Shown piece by piece: positions 28,111 to 38,866 of a stretch of DNA of 46,927 bases. The stretch comes from Nostoc sp. (GTDB taxonomy: Bacteria > Cyanobacteriota > Cyanobacteriia > Cyanobacteriales > Nostocaceae), in contig JBALDB010000045.1 of NCBI GenBank assembly GCA_036918135.1, positions 1 through 46,927 of the forward strand, written 5' to 3'. The number at the start of each line of letters is the position of its first letter. Positions within the stretch are counted from its first letter, which is position 1. The notes beneath the pieces were generated by a model, which was given only the letters and a program-made list of their open reading frames with translations, was not told the origin of the DNA and made no database searches. The translations under genes were made by a program, and so were the position numbers.

Positions 28111-28863
28111 ATGCCACCAAATAACCAAGCTGCCGTCGAATTCCGCGATGTCACCTTTAGCCGCAATCATCGCCCTTTGGTGTCAAATCTCAATTTTACC
28201 ATTCATCAAGGAGAAGCACTAGTATTACTTGGACGCAGTGGTAGCGGCAAAACTACAACAATGAAGTTAATTAATCGCCTATTCACACCAACACAAGGCG
28301 AAGTTTTATTTGATGGAATTCCCACAACTAAATGGGATGAAATTAAACTGCGGCGAAAAATTGGTTATGTAATTCAAGAAACTGGTTTATTTCCCCATTT
28401 TACTGTGGAAAAGAATGTCGGTTTAGTTCCTTCTTTAGAAGGTTGGCAACCAAAACAAATTAAAACGCGGGTTTATGAATTGTTGCAATTAGTAGGTTTA
28501 GAACCTGCCCAATTCGCAGGGCGTTACCCACACGAACTTTCAGGAGGACAAAGGCAAAGAGTCGGTGTAGCTAGGGCTTTAGCAGCAGATCCACCAGTGT
28601 TGTTGATGGATGAGCCTTTTGGCGCACTCGATCCGATTACGCGGCTAGAAATTCAACAAGAGTTTCGGCATTTGCAACAAGAATTAGGCAAAACAATTGT
28701 TTTTGTCACCCACGATATTCAAGAAGCCTTTATTTTGGCATCCAGAATTGGTTTAATGTATGGCGGAGAATTGGTAGTGTTGGGGACAACAGATGAATTT
28801 CTCAAGTCCGAACATCCAGAAAGTCTTGCTTTTTTAGCATGTTTGCCTTCTTTGAATTGTTGA
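28111..28863 (+). CDS. Osmoprotectant (glycine betaine/choline) ABC transporter ATPase
   Basis: [40 protein letters not shown]. Confidence 0.9.
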   Translation: MPPNNQAAVEFRDVTFSRNHRPLVSNLNFTIHQGEALVLLGRSGSGKTTTMKLINRLFTPTQGEVLFDGIPTTKWDEIKLRRKIGYVIQETGLFPHFTVEKNVGLVPSLEGWQPKQIKTRVYELLQLVGLEPAQFAGRYPHELSGGQRQRVGVARALAADPPVLLMDEPFGALDPITRLEIQQEFRHLQQELGKTIVFVTHDIQEAFILASRIGLMYGGELVVLGTTDEFLKSEHPESLAFLACLPSLNC

Positions 28864-28955
28864 GAGCTGCTATTGATATTTTTACAACTAAAATAGGATT
28901 GCTATGGACTATTTTTAATTTTGAATTATGAGTTATAAATTCTGTATTCTGACTC

Positions 28956-29585
28956 TTGTTTATGAAAGATTTCTTCCTCGTTAAGTATGCTCCTGAAATT
29001 CTTGAGCATACTCTAGAACACTTTTTCTTAGTCGGCATTGCCATTGGAATTGCCATACTTATAGGCATTCCATTAGGTATTTTAATTACACGTAAAACTT
29101 ATCTTCGTCAACCAATTCTTGGTATAGCAAATATTCTCCAAACTATTCCTAGTTTGGCGCTATTTGGCTTACTCATTCCCATTGCCGGAATTGGTGTATT
29201 ACCAGCAATCGCGGTCTTAACTTTATATTCTTTTTTACCAATAATTCGCAACACTTACACAGGTATCACTGGCGTCAATCCAGCGATTCGAGAAGCTGGC
29301 AGAGGTATGGGAATGACAGATAGACAATTACTATTACAAGTTGAAATTCCCTTAGCAATGGGAGTGATTCTAGCGGGGGTACGAGTAGCAACTGTAATTG
29401 CTGTTGGTATTGCCACTATTGCAGCTGCAATTGGGGCTGGTGGTTTAGGAGTATTTATTTTTCGTGGGATATCACTAGTTAACAGTGAGTTAATTTTAGC
29501 TGGGGCAGTTCCAGCAGCGGTAATTGCATTAGTGGCTGATTTTGTAATTGGTTGGATAGAGAATCAATTAAAAATCAAAAGTTAA
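28956..29585 (+). CDS. Osmoprotectant ABC transporter permease
   Basis: QTIPSLAL, PIIRNTYTG, EAGRGMGMT, IGAGGLG. Confidence 0.9.
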   Translation: MFMKDFFLVKYAPEILEHTLEHFFLVGIAIGIAILIGIPLGILITRKTYLRQPILGIANILQTIPSLALFGLLIPIAGIGVLPAIAVLTLYSFLPIIRNTYTGITGVNPAIREAGRGMGMTDRQLLLQVEIPLAMGVILAGVRVATVIAVGIATIAAAIGAGGLGVFIFRGISLVNSELILAGAVPAAVIALVADFVIGWIENQLKIKS

Positions 29586-29749
29586 TCAAAGATGCATATT
29601 ATTGAATACACAACTTGATAGTCTTTCCAATCTCCCAAAAGCTTCAACACTGCCCCAGGTGGTAACTAGATTCTTTCTTGTGTAATTACGGTATCAATAA
29701 TTACCTTACATTTGAGATATTGGCGATCGCATTACATTGAGGATAACGA

Positions 29750-32700
29750 TTAAACAACCACAAAATTGTTATTCGTTAGTGACAACCCAGCAGATAATCC
29801 GGCAAATTGTACCTGAGTAAATGCGCCTGCACTACCGTCCTGGTCAAAGAACAATGCACCTGTAGTGGAGTTATAAATAAATCGCTGGCTGCTAGTGATT
29901 GCAGATTCTCCAACTGTAAACTGACTTGCCTGAAGTACACCTGCTGATAAACCGCCACCAAAAGCAGCAGCCGATACCTGAATTAGTTCATTCGGTTCAT
30001 TATTGGCACCGAAGTCACGTATCAAATCGAGACCTTGATCGAAACTATTGAAAACAAAGGTATCATTACCCTTGCCACCGATGAGGATATCATTACCATA
30101 GAAAAAATCATAATCATTACCAACGATGAGGGTATCATCACCATTGCCGCCTTCGAGGGTGTTATTACCACCGAAACCAGAGTCTATCAGGGAATCATTA
30201 CCATCACCACCGTTAAGGGTATTATTAGCTGAGTCATAAGAGACTATCAGAGAATCATTACCAACACCACCGTTGAGTGTATTATTTGAGTCATAATAAG
30301 AGGCTATCAGAGAATCATTACCATCGCCCCCATTTACTATGGTGGCATTTGAAACGCTAATATCGAATGTATCGTCACCAACACCACCGTTGAGTGTGGT
30401 ATTTGAGCCAGAATAGGCATAGAGAAAATCATTACCATCGCCCCCATCTAATATGTTGGCACTTGAACCGTAAACCCTTAATGTATCGTCACCAACACCA
30501 CCGTTGAGTGTGGCATTACCTGAGTCATTAATAGAGGCTCTCACAAAATCATTACCATCACCCCCATCTAACAGATTATTGCCTGTTAAACCCCTAATAT
30601 CCAATTTATCGTCACCAACACCACCGTTGAGGGTGTTATCACCAGAGATCCTACCGTAAACGTAATTTCCGAATTCGTCGTAACTGTAATTCGACCCCCA
30701 TAAATAATCATCGCCATCGCCTCCATTGAGCAGGTGATTTCCTGTTGAAAGACTAATATCTAAGAAATCTTCACCAGCGCCGCCATCTATTGTATCGTTG
30801 CCATTGCCTGAACGGAGCGTATCATTTCCATTGCTTCCCAGAAGATAATCATCGTAGTCTGTACCTGTGATATTTAATTGTTCGATATTCTTGTAGCTAA
30901 ACACTGTTGTGTCCGGTGTCGTCGAAATTACTACAGTGTTAGTAGTCGGATTGAAAGTCGAAGTAATTCCCGTGGTAGCACTGCTATAACTGAAAGACAA
31001 GCTGTCGTTACCTGTTCCCCCATCTACTGTTTGAGTCACTAACGTAGATAGAGAGGGGAAATTAAAGGAATCATCGCCATTGCCACCATTGAGGGTGTTA
31101 TTGCCAGTACCACCATTGAGAGTATCATTGCCATCGCCACCATTGAGGGTGTTATTGCCAGTACCACCATCGAGAGTATCATTGCCATCGCCACCATTGA
31201 GAGTATCATTGCCATCACTACCCCTCAAAATGTCATTGCCACTTAAGCCTTCAATAATGTCATCACCCTTTTGACCATTGATCGCATCATTTGAGTTGTC
31301 AAATCCACTAACATTGTTGTTGAGGTCGTTTAGGAAGGTGACTGTGTTTTTTCTAAAAACAGTGCTTTGGGTGGAGTTGGCATCAAAAACATCAAAACTG
31401 TCGGTGATGGTAGTTTGCCCATAAAACAAAATATTGCCCAAATCTACGCTGGCTCCGGTGGATAAGCTGAGGTTATCCAGGTTTTCTAGGGCAAAGTTTT
31501 CCAGGATGAATCTGGTATCACCATACCCTTGAAAGCTGATTTCCAGATTGTTGCCATTCTGGGTAAGAAGCAAATTGTCGGCAGTGAAGCCACTATTGTC
31601 CTGGAATATCAGAGTATCTACTTCGGCTATGACTGCTGCTGTGGGGTTTATTCCTTCACCTACTCCAGTAAAATCGGCGATAGTAGTAGTACCATTATTA
31701 ATCGTCTCGCTGCTCTCATTATTAGTGGTGTTATTGCTTAAGCCTTTGTAAACAAATTTATCCTTACCACTGCCGCCTATGAGGCTATCCTTACCACCAC
31801 CGCCTGTAAGGCTATCATCGCCATTACCACCGTTGAGGGTGTTATTACCAGTGGCACCAAAAGCTGTTAGAGTATCATTGCCATCGCCCCCAAAAAGGAG
31901 GTTCTTGCCAGATGAGTGAGAGTCGAAGTAGAAGTAGTCAGATTGGTAATCATAGCCAGAGATATCTAGAAAATCATCGCCATTACCACCGTTGAGGGTG
32001 TTATTACCAGTGGCACCAGAAGCTGTTAGAGTATCATTGCCATCGCCCCCAAAAAGGAGGTTCTTGCCAGATGAGCCAGAGTCGAAGTTGATGCTTTCAG
32101 CTAGGTAAATATAGCCAGAGATATCTAGAAAATCATTGCCATCGCCACCATTAAGCAGGTTATCACCATTTGAACCACTAGCGCTTAAGGTATCATCACC
32201 AGCACCACCGTTGAGGGTGTTATCGCCATCTGAGCGAGAGTTAGACGCTGTGAAATCCTCAATTCTTCGACTCCCAGAGATGGAGAGAGAATCATTGCCA
32301 TCACCTCCATCTAAGAGGTTATTACCGAATGAACCGCTAGCGCTTAAGGTATCATCACCAGCACCACCGTTGAGGGTATTATTGCCTAAAGAGCGATCGT
32401 CGTAGTCTGGTGCGTTGTAGGTGTCTTCGTCGCTGCCAGAGATGGAGATAAAATCATTGCCATTACCACCATTAAGCAGATTATTGCTTGAGGGAGAGTC
32501 AGTATATAAAGTATCGTCACCAACACCACCGTTGAGAGTATTATTGCCCGCGCCACCCCTCAATATATCATTGCCACTTAAACCTTCAATAATGTCATCA
32601 CCCCCTTGACCATTGATGACATCATTGGAATTGTCGAAGCCACTAACATTGTTGTCTAGGTCATTTAGGAAGGTGACTGTGTTTTTTCTAAAAACAGTGC

Positions 32701-33151
32701 TTTGGGTGGAGTTAGCATCGAAGACATCAAAACTGTCGGTGATGGTAGTTTGCCCATAAAACAGAATATTGCCCGAATCTACGCTGGCTCCAGTGGATAA
32801 GCTTAGGTTATCAAGGTTGGACAAGGCAAAGTTTTCCAGGATGAATTTGTATTCACCATACCCTTGAAAGCTGATTTCCAGATTATTGCCATTTTGGGCA
32901 AGGAGCAAGTTTTGCACAGTGAAGCCACTATTGTTCTGGAAACTTAGGGTATCCACTTCCGCAATGATTGCTGCTGTGGGGTTTGTTCCTTTACCTACTC
33001 CACTGAAATCGGCGATCGTATTAATGTAGTTTGAGTCGCCGTTAAAAAATATATCGTTACCACCGCCACCAGTTAGGGTGTCGTAGTAATCCTCGGAATC
33101 TAAAGTGCCCTGTAGGGTGTCGTTACCGCTGGTTCCAATGATAATTGCCAT
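29750..33151 (-). CDS. RTX / hemolysin-type Ca-binding repeat protein
   Basis: Many GGxGxDxL nonapeptides, a duplicated internal domain, and a typical C-terminus (FIYNSTTGALFFDQDG). Confidence 0.92.
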   Translation of the reverse strand: MAIIIGTSGNDTLQGTLDSEDYYDTLTGGGGNDIFFNGDSNYINTIADFSGVGKGTNPTAAIIAEVDTLSFQNNSGFTVQNLLLAQNGNNLEISFQGYGEYKFILENFALSNLDNLSLSTGASVDSGNILFYGQTTITDSFDVFDANSTQSTVFRKNTVTFLNDLDNNVSGFDNSNDVINGQGGDDIIEGLSGNDILRGGAGNNTLNGGVGDDTLYTDSPSSNNLLNGGNGNDFISISGSDEDTYNAPDYDDRSLGNNTLNGGAGDDTLSASGSFGNNLLDGGDGNDSLSISGSRRIEDFTASNSRSDGDNTLNGGAGDDTLSASGSNGDNLLNGGDGNDFLDISGYIYLAESINFDSGSSGKNLLFGGDGNDTLTASGATGNNTLNGGNGDDFLDISGYDYQSDYFYFDSHSSGKNLLFGGDGNDTLTAFGATGNNTLNGGNGDDSLTGGGGKDSLIGGSGKDKFVYKGLSNNTTNNESSETINNGTTTIADFTGVGEGINPTAAVIAEVDTLIFQDNSGFTADNLLLTQNGNNLEISFQGYGDTRFILENFALENLDNLSLSTGASVDLGNILFYGQTTITDSFDVFDANSTQSTVFRKNTVTFLNDLNNNVSGFDNSNDAINGQKGDDIIEGLSGNDILRGSDGNDTLNGGDGNDTLDGGTGNNTLNGGDGNDTLNGGTGNNTLNGGNGDDSFNFPSLSTLVTQTVDGGTGNDSLSFSYSSATTGITSTFNPTTNTVVISTTPDTTVFSYKNIEQLNITGTDYDDYLLGSNGNDTLRSGNGNDTIDGGAGEDFLDISLSTGNHLLNGGDGDDYLWGSNYSYDEFGNYVYGRISGDNTLNGGVGDDKLDIRGLTGNNLLDGGDGNDFVRASINDSGNATLNGGVGDDTLRVYGSSANILDGGDGNDFLYAYSGSNTTLNGGVGDDTFDISVSNATIVNGGDGNDSLIASYYDSNNTLNGGVGNDSLIVSYDSANNTLNGGDGNDSLIDSGFGGNNTLEGGNGDDTLIVGNDYDFFYGNDILIGGKGNDTFVFNSFDQGLDLIRDFGANNEPNELIQVSAAAFGGGLSAGVLQASQFTVGESAITSSQRFIYNSTTGALFFDQDGSAGAFTQVQFAGLSAGLSLTNNNFVVV

Positions 33152-33730
33152 AAGTTTTTCCTGATTTAATCGGTTTTTGGAGTAACTTTAGTTGTCAATA
33201 ATCGAGTTAGTGCTGTTTTATGGCACAAATAATCTGCCAAAAGTTCAAGCTTTCGGCATATCTTATTCACTCTTTAGATAGAAGCGCAAATTGTTCATTA
33301 AAGATTTCCTCTTTAATTCACTTGCAAACACTACTTATCTTGGTATCAAGCACTATCTAAGTCTTAAGCACTGTACAAAATTTAGTTGGTTTGTCAACGC
33401 ATAAGTCTTACTATTTTCAAAATAGGAAACACTTGAGACAGCATAAAACGGGAAATCTTTATTATGCATTCGTTGTCGGCATTGCCTTTGAATTTCTATC
33501 TGGAAAATAGAAAATATCAAAATAACCTAACAATAACTGAATACCGAACATTTACTTAGATGTCTATCTTTTATAAAAATCTTTGCATACTCTTCATATT
33601 TATAATTGTTCAAGTGGGGGTAGGAGAGCGATGCCTATGGCGGCAAGCTACGCAAAAAATGGTAATCAAAATCTGATAAATTAAGTACACCAAGATGCTA
33701 AAAAAAGATACTAAAAATGCATAAGATTTT

Positions 33731-35548
33731 ATGAGTAATGGTATAAAAAAGCTTACTGTCACTAAAGCCAAGCTAGTTGCGATACCTGCGGCGCGCGTAG
33801 CCATTACAGTCTTTTGTTTTACCCTCCTTGTTTATAGCCAAGTAGCATCAGCGGCTTTAACTTTACCTTTACGCAGTAAAAAGGGAATGGTGGTTTCAGC
33901 GCATCCTTTAGCCAGTGAAGCGGGAATTTCCATGTTACGTAAGGGTGGTAATGCAGTAGATGCAGCTGTAGCCACAGCCTTGGCAATTTCTGTAGTTGAA
34001 CCTTTTTCAGCAGGAATTGGCGGTGGCGGATTTTTGCTGATGCATTCTGAGAAAACAGGCGAGATGAAAGCCTTAGATTTTCGCGAACGCGCACCCCTAA
34101 AGGCGACAAGAAATATGTATTTAGACGCACAAGGTAAGGTGCGTCCCAATGCAAGTACCAATGGTTATTTAGCAGTGGCGACACCAGGAACGGTGGCGGG
34201 ACTATATGAAGTGCATCACAGCTATGGTAAGCTTTCTTGGCAAGAGGTAGTAAAACCTGCGATCGCACTTGCTAAAGATGGCTTTATTATTGGCGATGCA
34301 CCAACTTGGCGTTCTCTGCAAACAAGCCAGTCTAGCAAACGAGCAATTCTCAACAATCCAGCAGCGCGGGAAATTTTTACTCACAACGGCGAATTTTATA
34401 AACCAGGAGACAAACTGGTACAGCGCGATTTAGGCGAGACTTTAACAGCAATTGCCGAAAATCCCCAAAGTTTTTACACTGGAAAAATTGCCCAAGCGAT
34501 CGCTGCTGATATGGCAAAGAATAACGGCTTAATTACTCTAGAAGACTTAAAAGCTTATAAACCAATTTGGCGGACTCCGGTTTGTGGAAATTTCCGCCAA
34601 GCTAAAATTTGCTCAATGCCACCACCCTCATCTGGAGGCGTTCACCTATTAGAGATTTTAAATATTATTGGTGACACAAATTTAAAATCTTTAGGATGGC
34701 ATCATCCTGACGCCTTACATTTAATGGTAGAAGCAATGAAGATTGCTTACAGCGATCGCTCGCAATATTTAGGCGACCCAGATTTTGTTAAAGTCCCCGT
34801 ACAACAACTAATCAGTCCAGCTTACGCCAAAAAACGCCGCCAAGAAATCAACATGCAAAAGGCCAGACCCTCCACCGAGGTCAAGCCAGGAAATTTGAAT
34901 TCTCAAGTCCAAATTCTAAATTCTAAATGTCTCCCCATCTCCCCATCCCCATGTCTGAGTTACGAATCTCCCGAAACCACTCACCTTACGGTTGTCGATG
35001 AACAACGCAATGCTGTAAGTTTGACTTTCACGATTAACCTTGTTTTTGGTGCTGGTGTAGTGACACCGGGAACTGGAATTGTCCTCAACAATGAAATGGA
35101 TGATTTTGCAGCTGCGCCAGGAGTGCCTAATGCCTTTGGTTTAGTTGGCAACGATGCCAACAGCATTGCACCCCGTAAAACTCCTTTATCCAGTATGACT
35201 CCCACAATTGTCACAGAAAATGGACATTTTCGCATGGCAGCAGGCGCGCCTGGTGGTAGCACCATCATCACTCAAGTGTTGCAACTGATTTTGAATGTAC
35301 TGGAATACAACATGGATGTTGGTGCGGCTGTTTCTGTGCCACGCATACATCATCAATGGCTTCCCGATGAGTTGCGCGTCGAATCTTGGGGCTTGGATGC
35401 TTTGACTTTACAAGATTTACGCCGTCGAGGACACAAAATTATAGAAACTGCACCTTGGGGAAATGGTAATGCGATCGCAGTTACAGCCGATGGAACTCTA
35501 GAAGGGGCGGCCGATCCTCGCGGTGAAGGTTCCCCAAGAGGATTGTGA
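33731..35548 (+). CDS. ggt: Gamma-glutamyltransferase
   Basis: GGNAVDAAVA, DFRERAP, ETTH catalytic Thr, LNNEMDDF, PLSSMTP. Confidence 0.96.
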   Translation: MSNGIKKLTVTKAKLVAIPAARVAITVFCFTLLVYSQVASAALTLPLRSKKGMVVSAHPLASEAGISMLRKGGNAVDAAVATALAISVVEPFSAGIGGGGFLLMHSEKTGEMKALDFRERAPLKATRNMYLDAQGKVRPNASTNGYLAVATPGTVAGLYEVHHSYGKLSWQEVVKPAIALAKDGFIIGDAPTWRSLQTSQSSKRAILNNPAAREIFTHNGEFYKPGDKLVQRDLGETLTAIAENPQSFYTGKIAQAIAADMAKNNGLITLEDLKAYKPIWRTPVCGNFRQAKICSMPPPSSGGVHLLEILNIIGDTNLKSLGWHHPDALHLMVEAMKIAYSDRSQYLGDPDFVKVPVQQLISPAYAKKRRQEINMQKARPSTEVKPGNLNSQVQILNSKCLPISPSPCLSYESPETTHLTVVDEQRNAVSLTFTINLVFGAGVVTPGTGIVLNNEMDDFAAAPGVPNAFGLVGNDANSIAPRKTPLSSMTPTIVTENGHFRMAAGAPGGSTIITQVLQLILNVLEYNMDVGAAVSVPRIHHQWLPDELRVESWGLDALTLQDLRRRGHKIIETAPWGNGNAIAVTADGTLEGAADPRGEGSPRGL

Positions 35549-35721
35549 GGGATACGGGAAGAGGGGGAGTGTGGGGAGTGTGGGGAGTGTGGGGAGAGAG
35601 GGGGGAACCTCCTCTGTCAACAGTCATCACTCAGCAACTTCAAGTGGTTGTTTTTGTTTCTTGGAGAATCTGAGCTTTCACAGTCTTTGCCTTTGCTGCT
35701 AACTCAGCACTTGCAATCCCG

Positions 35722-36006
35722 TTATTGATTTTCGATTGTTTTTTTCAATTCAAAATTGTTTGACTCTGCATAGCTACTACTGCCTAACTCGTTTGCACGT
35801 GCGCTAGGTACTAGCGTCCAACCTGCTTTGAGAAGTTTTTGATAAGTTGCCCAACCTTTAGAACCACCTGGTATTCGATAATCTGGGACTGCAAAATGTC
35901 CAAAAGCTGTGTAGGGACGCCAAGGTTGACTAGGTTCTGTCTGCAAATACAAGATTTTCTCTCCGTCGCCACCAGACTTAGATAACCAACACATTTGTCG
36001 GTGCAT
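35722..36006 (-). CDS. Small conserved hypothetical protein
   Basis: MHRQMCWLSK...GSKGWATYQKLLKAGWTLV; alternative start at 36039. Confidence 0.7.
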   Translation of the reverse strand: MHRQMCWLSKSGGDGEKILYLQTEPSQPWRPYTAFGHFAVPDYRIPGGSKGWATYQKLLKAGWTLVPSARANELGSSSYAESNNFELKKTIENQ

Positions 36007-36226
36007 TGCAAACTCCTTTACTTGTAGCTGAAAATGCATAATGGCTAACTTTTGTCAAGCCATACCTCAACCTTTTGGGGTACTTTGCCTAATACTCTAG
36101 ACAAAATCTAATTAATTTCTATGCACTACAGGATAATTACTTAGAAATTCCTACCCATGAGGTAAGCTGCTAGGGCGATCGAATATCAACAGCTTTCCCT
36201 CATCTCTCCAGGATGAAGTTTTTCTA

Positions 36227-36268
36227 ATGTTATCCGCGTTTTTTAGGCTTGTATGTAACCAGAACTAC
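36227..36268 (-). promoter_or_regulatory. Canonical NtcA-activated promoter
   Basis: Minus strand GTAGTTCTGGTTAC (36268-36255), 22-nt spacer, -10 box TAACAT (36232-36227). Confidence 0.72.
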
Positions 36269-36794
36269 TATTTTATTTAGGGTGCGTTGTTGTGCAGTGC
36301 AATGTACCGTGAATAATTCAATGTCAGTTCAACGGGGATAGCGCAATGCACCATATATCTATAAGATTATTTGCATTAATTGCTTTGGTACGTGACGGCA
36401 ACCTACAATTTTTTGCTGTGTCCAATCTTCTATTTAAATATTCTCTATCTTTTAGAATTAGCCACATTTTCCGTCACTAAAATCTATTTTTACAAGTGCA
36501 GCTAAGAAAATAGACCTCATTAAAATTTATTTTCAAAGGATATAAACAACCGCATATGATGCCGAAAATTTTATGTAAATATCCTTGAAAATTAATTACT
36601 CCAGCAATACCCTATGTTTTGATATAAATCAAAAATACAGTGAGACCCAACCAATCAAGATGACAAAATTATTCAGTAGCGACTTAGACAATAATTGAAT
36701 CGAGCAGGTTTGATTGCTAAATTCATTATGCTACTAAAAGTCGCACTCGACTTGAAATAATAAATTAGTATTTAATAACCCGCAAATTGGGTTA

Positions 36795-37391
36795 TTAGAA
36801 GGAAGGGGCATACAATTTATCACCAACAATCCCGCGAATTGTCTCTACTAGTTGAGTATATCCAAAGTCAGATAAAACTGGTTTTGCTCCTTCTAATTCA
36901 ATTGGTTGGTCTAAATCAATCCATGATTTACAGCCACCATATTTAGCATAATAGGCAATCTCTTGCTCTTGGGGTAGTTTATAAGTTCGTAGCAGGAGAA
37001 TATATAGGGGTTGACGTGGTTTCCATTTGAGGCGATCGCTAATAAAATGCTCGTTCCAAATATGAAAGGGAAGTAAGGCGCTAACAATAGACTCGTCACT
37101 AACTGGCAAAATATCTGTAATTTCAGCCCAACTACCAATGCGAATTGTTTCTGGATGCCAGCCTGATGTTACTGGATATACATCACTAGCATACTCAGGT
37201 TTGAGCATAAAAGCTTGTTGATGTTCGTAAGTAGGGTAAAGCAAAATTTGCTTGTGGGCAACTTGGAAATGTCCATTTCGTTCGTGGATACCGCCTTTGC
37301 GGAGCAACATAATTGTTTTGCCAGTTTCCAAGGCATTTACGGCGACTGCCCATTCTTTAAGAGCATGAAAAGTTGTAGTCAATTCCATCAC
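36795..37391 (-). CDS. DUF1802-family protein
   Basis: ALKEWAVAV, LLRKGGIHE, LYPTYEHQ, YGGCKSWI. Confidence 0.88.
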   Translation of the reverse strand: MMELTTTFHALKEWAVAVNALETGKTIMLLRKGGIHERNGHFQVAHKQILLYPTYEHQQAFMLKPEYASDVYPVTSGWHPETIRIGSWAEITDILPVSDESIVSALLPFHIWNEHFISDRLKWKPRQPLYILLLRTYKLPQEQEIAYYAKYGGCKSWIDLDQPIELEGAKPVLSDFGYTQLVETIRGIVGDKLYAPSF

Positions 37392-37472
37392 ATCTACTGT
37401 AACTCTGATTTAATTTCAAGCTAAAACCTATAAAGTATGAAACTATCTAGAGAAATGAATTAGGAAGTAATT

Positions 37473-38432
37473 ATGGAAAAGCGATCGCTAGGTACTTCTG
37501 ATGTGCAAATCACACCCATTTTAATGGGAACTTGGCAAGCAGGTAAAAAAATGTGGGTGGGAATTGAGGATGCTGACTCGATTAAAGCAATTCGAGCAGC
37601 ATTTGAGGCTGGTATCACAACAATTGATACTGCTGAAGCTTACGGTCAAGGACACTCTGAAAAGATTGTAGCTGAAGCTTTATCTGATGTGCGCCATCAG
37701 GTAGAGTATGCCACAAAAGTTTCTGTTAGCCATCTTAAGTATGAACAAGTAATTGAAGCTTGTGAGCGTTCCCTAACAAACTTAAAAACTGATTACATTG
37801 ACCTTTACCAAATTCATTGGCCTTCCGGCAATTTCAATAGTGAAATAGTACCTATCGAAGAAACTATGAGCGCTCTCAATTTGCTCAAAGAGCAGGGTAA
37901 GATACGAGCGATCGGTGTTTCCAATTTCTCTCGCGCCCAATTGGCAGAAGCCGCCAGTTATGGACGTATTGATAGTTTACAACCACCCTATTCTCTATTC
38001 TGGAGACAGGTAGAACAGGATACCCTGCCTTATTGTATCGAACACAATATTTCTGTCCTTGCTTATTCGTCTTTAGCACAGGGGTTGTTAACAGGGAAAT
38101 TTGAGAGGGGTCATCAATTTGACCCAACAGATAACCGTGCTAATAATAAACTCTTTCAAGGTGAAAACTTTGAACGCGCTCAACAAGCACTAGAAAAATT
38201 GCGTCCTATAGCCTCTGTTTATAATTGTACCCTTGCTCAGTTAGCTTTGGCGTGGTTAATTGCCCAACCTCAGACAAATGCTATAGCAGGGGCGCGATAT
38301 CCTCAACAAGCACAAGACAACGCCAAAGCCGCTAAAATACAACTTTCTACCGCCGAATTAGCAGAGATTGATGGTCTTGGACGCATTGTTACCGATCGCG
38401 TTGATAACAATCCAATTATGTGGAATTTTTGA
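37473..38432 (+). CDS. Aldo/keto reductase
   Basis: IDTAEAYG, ATKV, YIDLYQIHWP, GKIRAIGVSNF. Confidence 0.95.
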   Translation: MEKRSLGTSDVQITPILMGTWQAGKKMWVGIEDADSIKAIRAAFEAGITTIDTAEAYGQGHSEKIVAEALSDVRHQVEYATKVSVSHLKYEQVIEACERSLTNLKTDYIDLYQIHWPSGNFNSEIVPIEETMSALNLLKEQGKIRAIGVSNFSRAQLAEAASYGRIDSLQPPYSLFWRQVEQDTLPYCIEHNISVLAYSSLAQGLLTGKFERGHQFDPTDNRANNKLFQGENFERAQQALEKLRPIASVYNCTLAQLALAWLIAQPQTNAIAGARYPQQAQDNAKAAKIQLSTAELAEIDGLGRIVTDRVDNNPIMWNF

Positions 38433-38837
38433 CAATATAGTTTGATTGAGCAACTTCAACTCTCTAAAATCCCTTCAACTCTCTTCAAAAGAGGATTAGG
38501 GATCAAATTTATTTCCGCAAATTGCAAAATTTAACAAAACGTCAACTTTAGTAAACTAAGAGTTGCAACTCACTCAACTTAGTGATAACTTAAATAGTAG
38601 GACATCAAAGAAAGAAAAACCAAACACAAAGGGTAATGACTTAGTGTCCCCTGTCATCAACCCAAGTAAACTTCCGCATATCAACATATAAGTGGTAAAA
38701 ACTCTATTAGAAGACAAAGCCAAATCCCAAAGCGGAAAAACGTAGAAATGCGAAGTTTGCCAAATATTCTGTCCACCTTAGTTATTAACCTCTCAGTTAG
38801 TTAATTAGTTTAACAATTTGAAACCTGTAAACTTGAT

Positions 38838-38866
38838 AAAACCTGGTTAACCTCGACCAGGTTTTT
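38838..38866. terminator. Intrinsic terminator-like hairpin
   Basis: aaaacctgg-ttaacctcga-ccaggttttt. Confidence 0.65.

Noticed and set aside
30035..32609. Plus-strand Pro/Ser-rich ORFs
   Set aside because: Antisense shadows of RTX glycine repeats.
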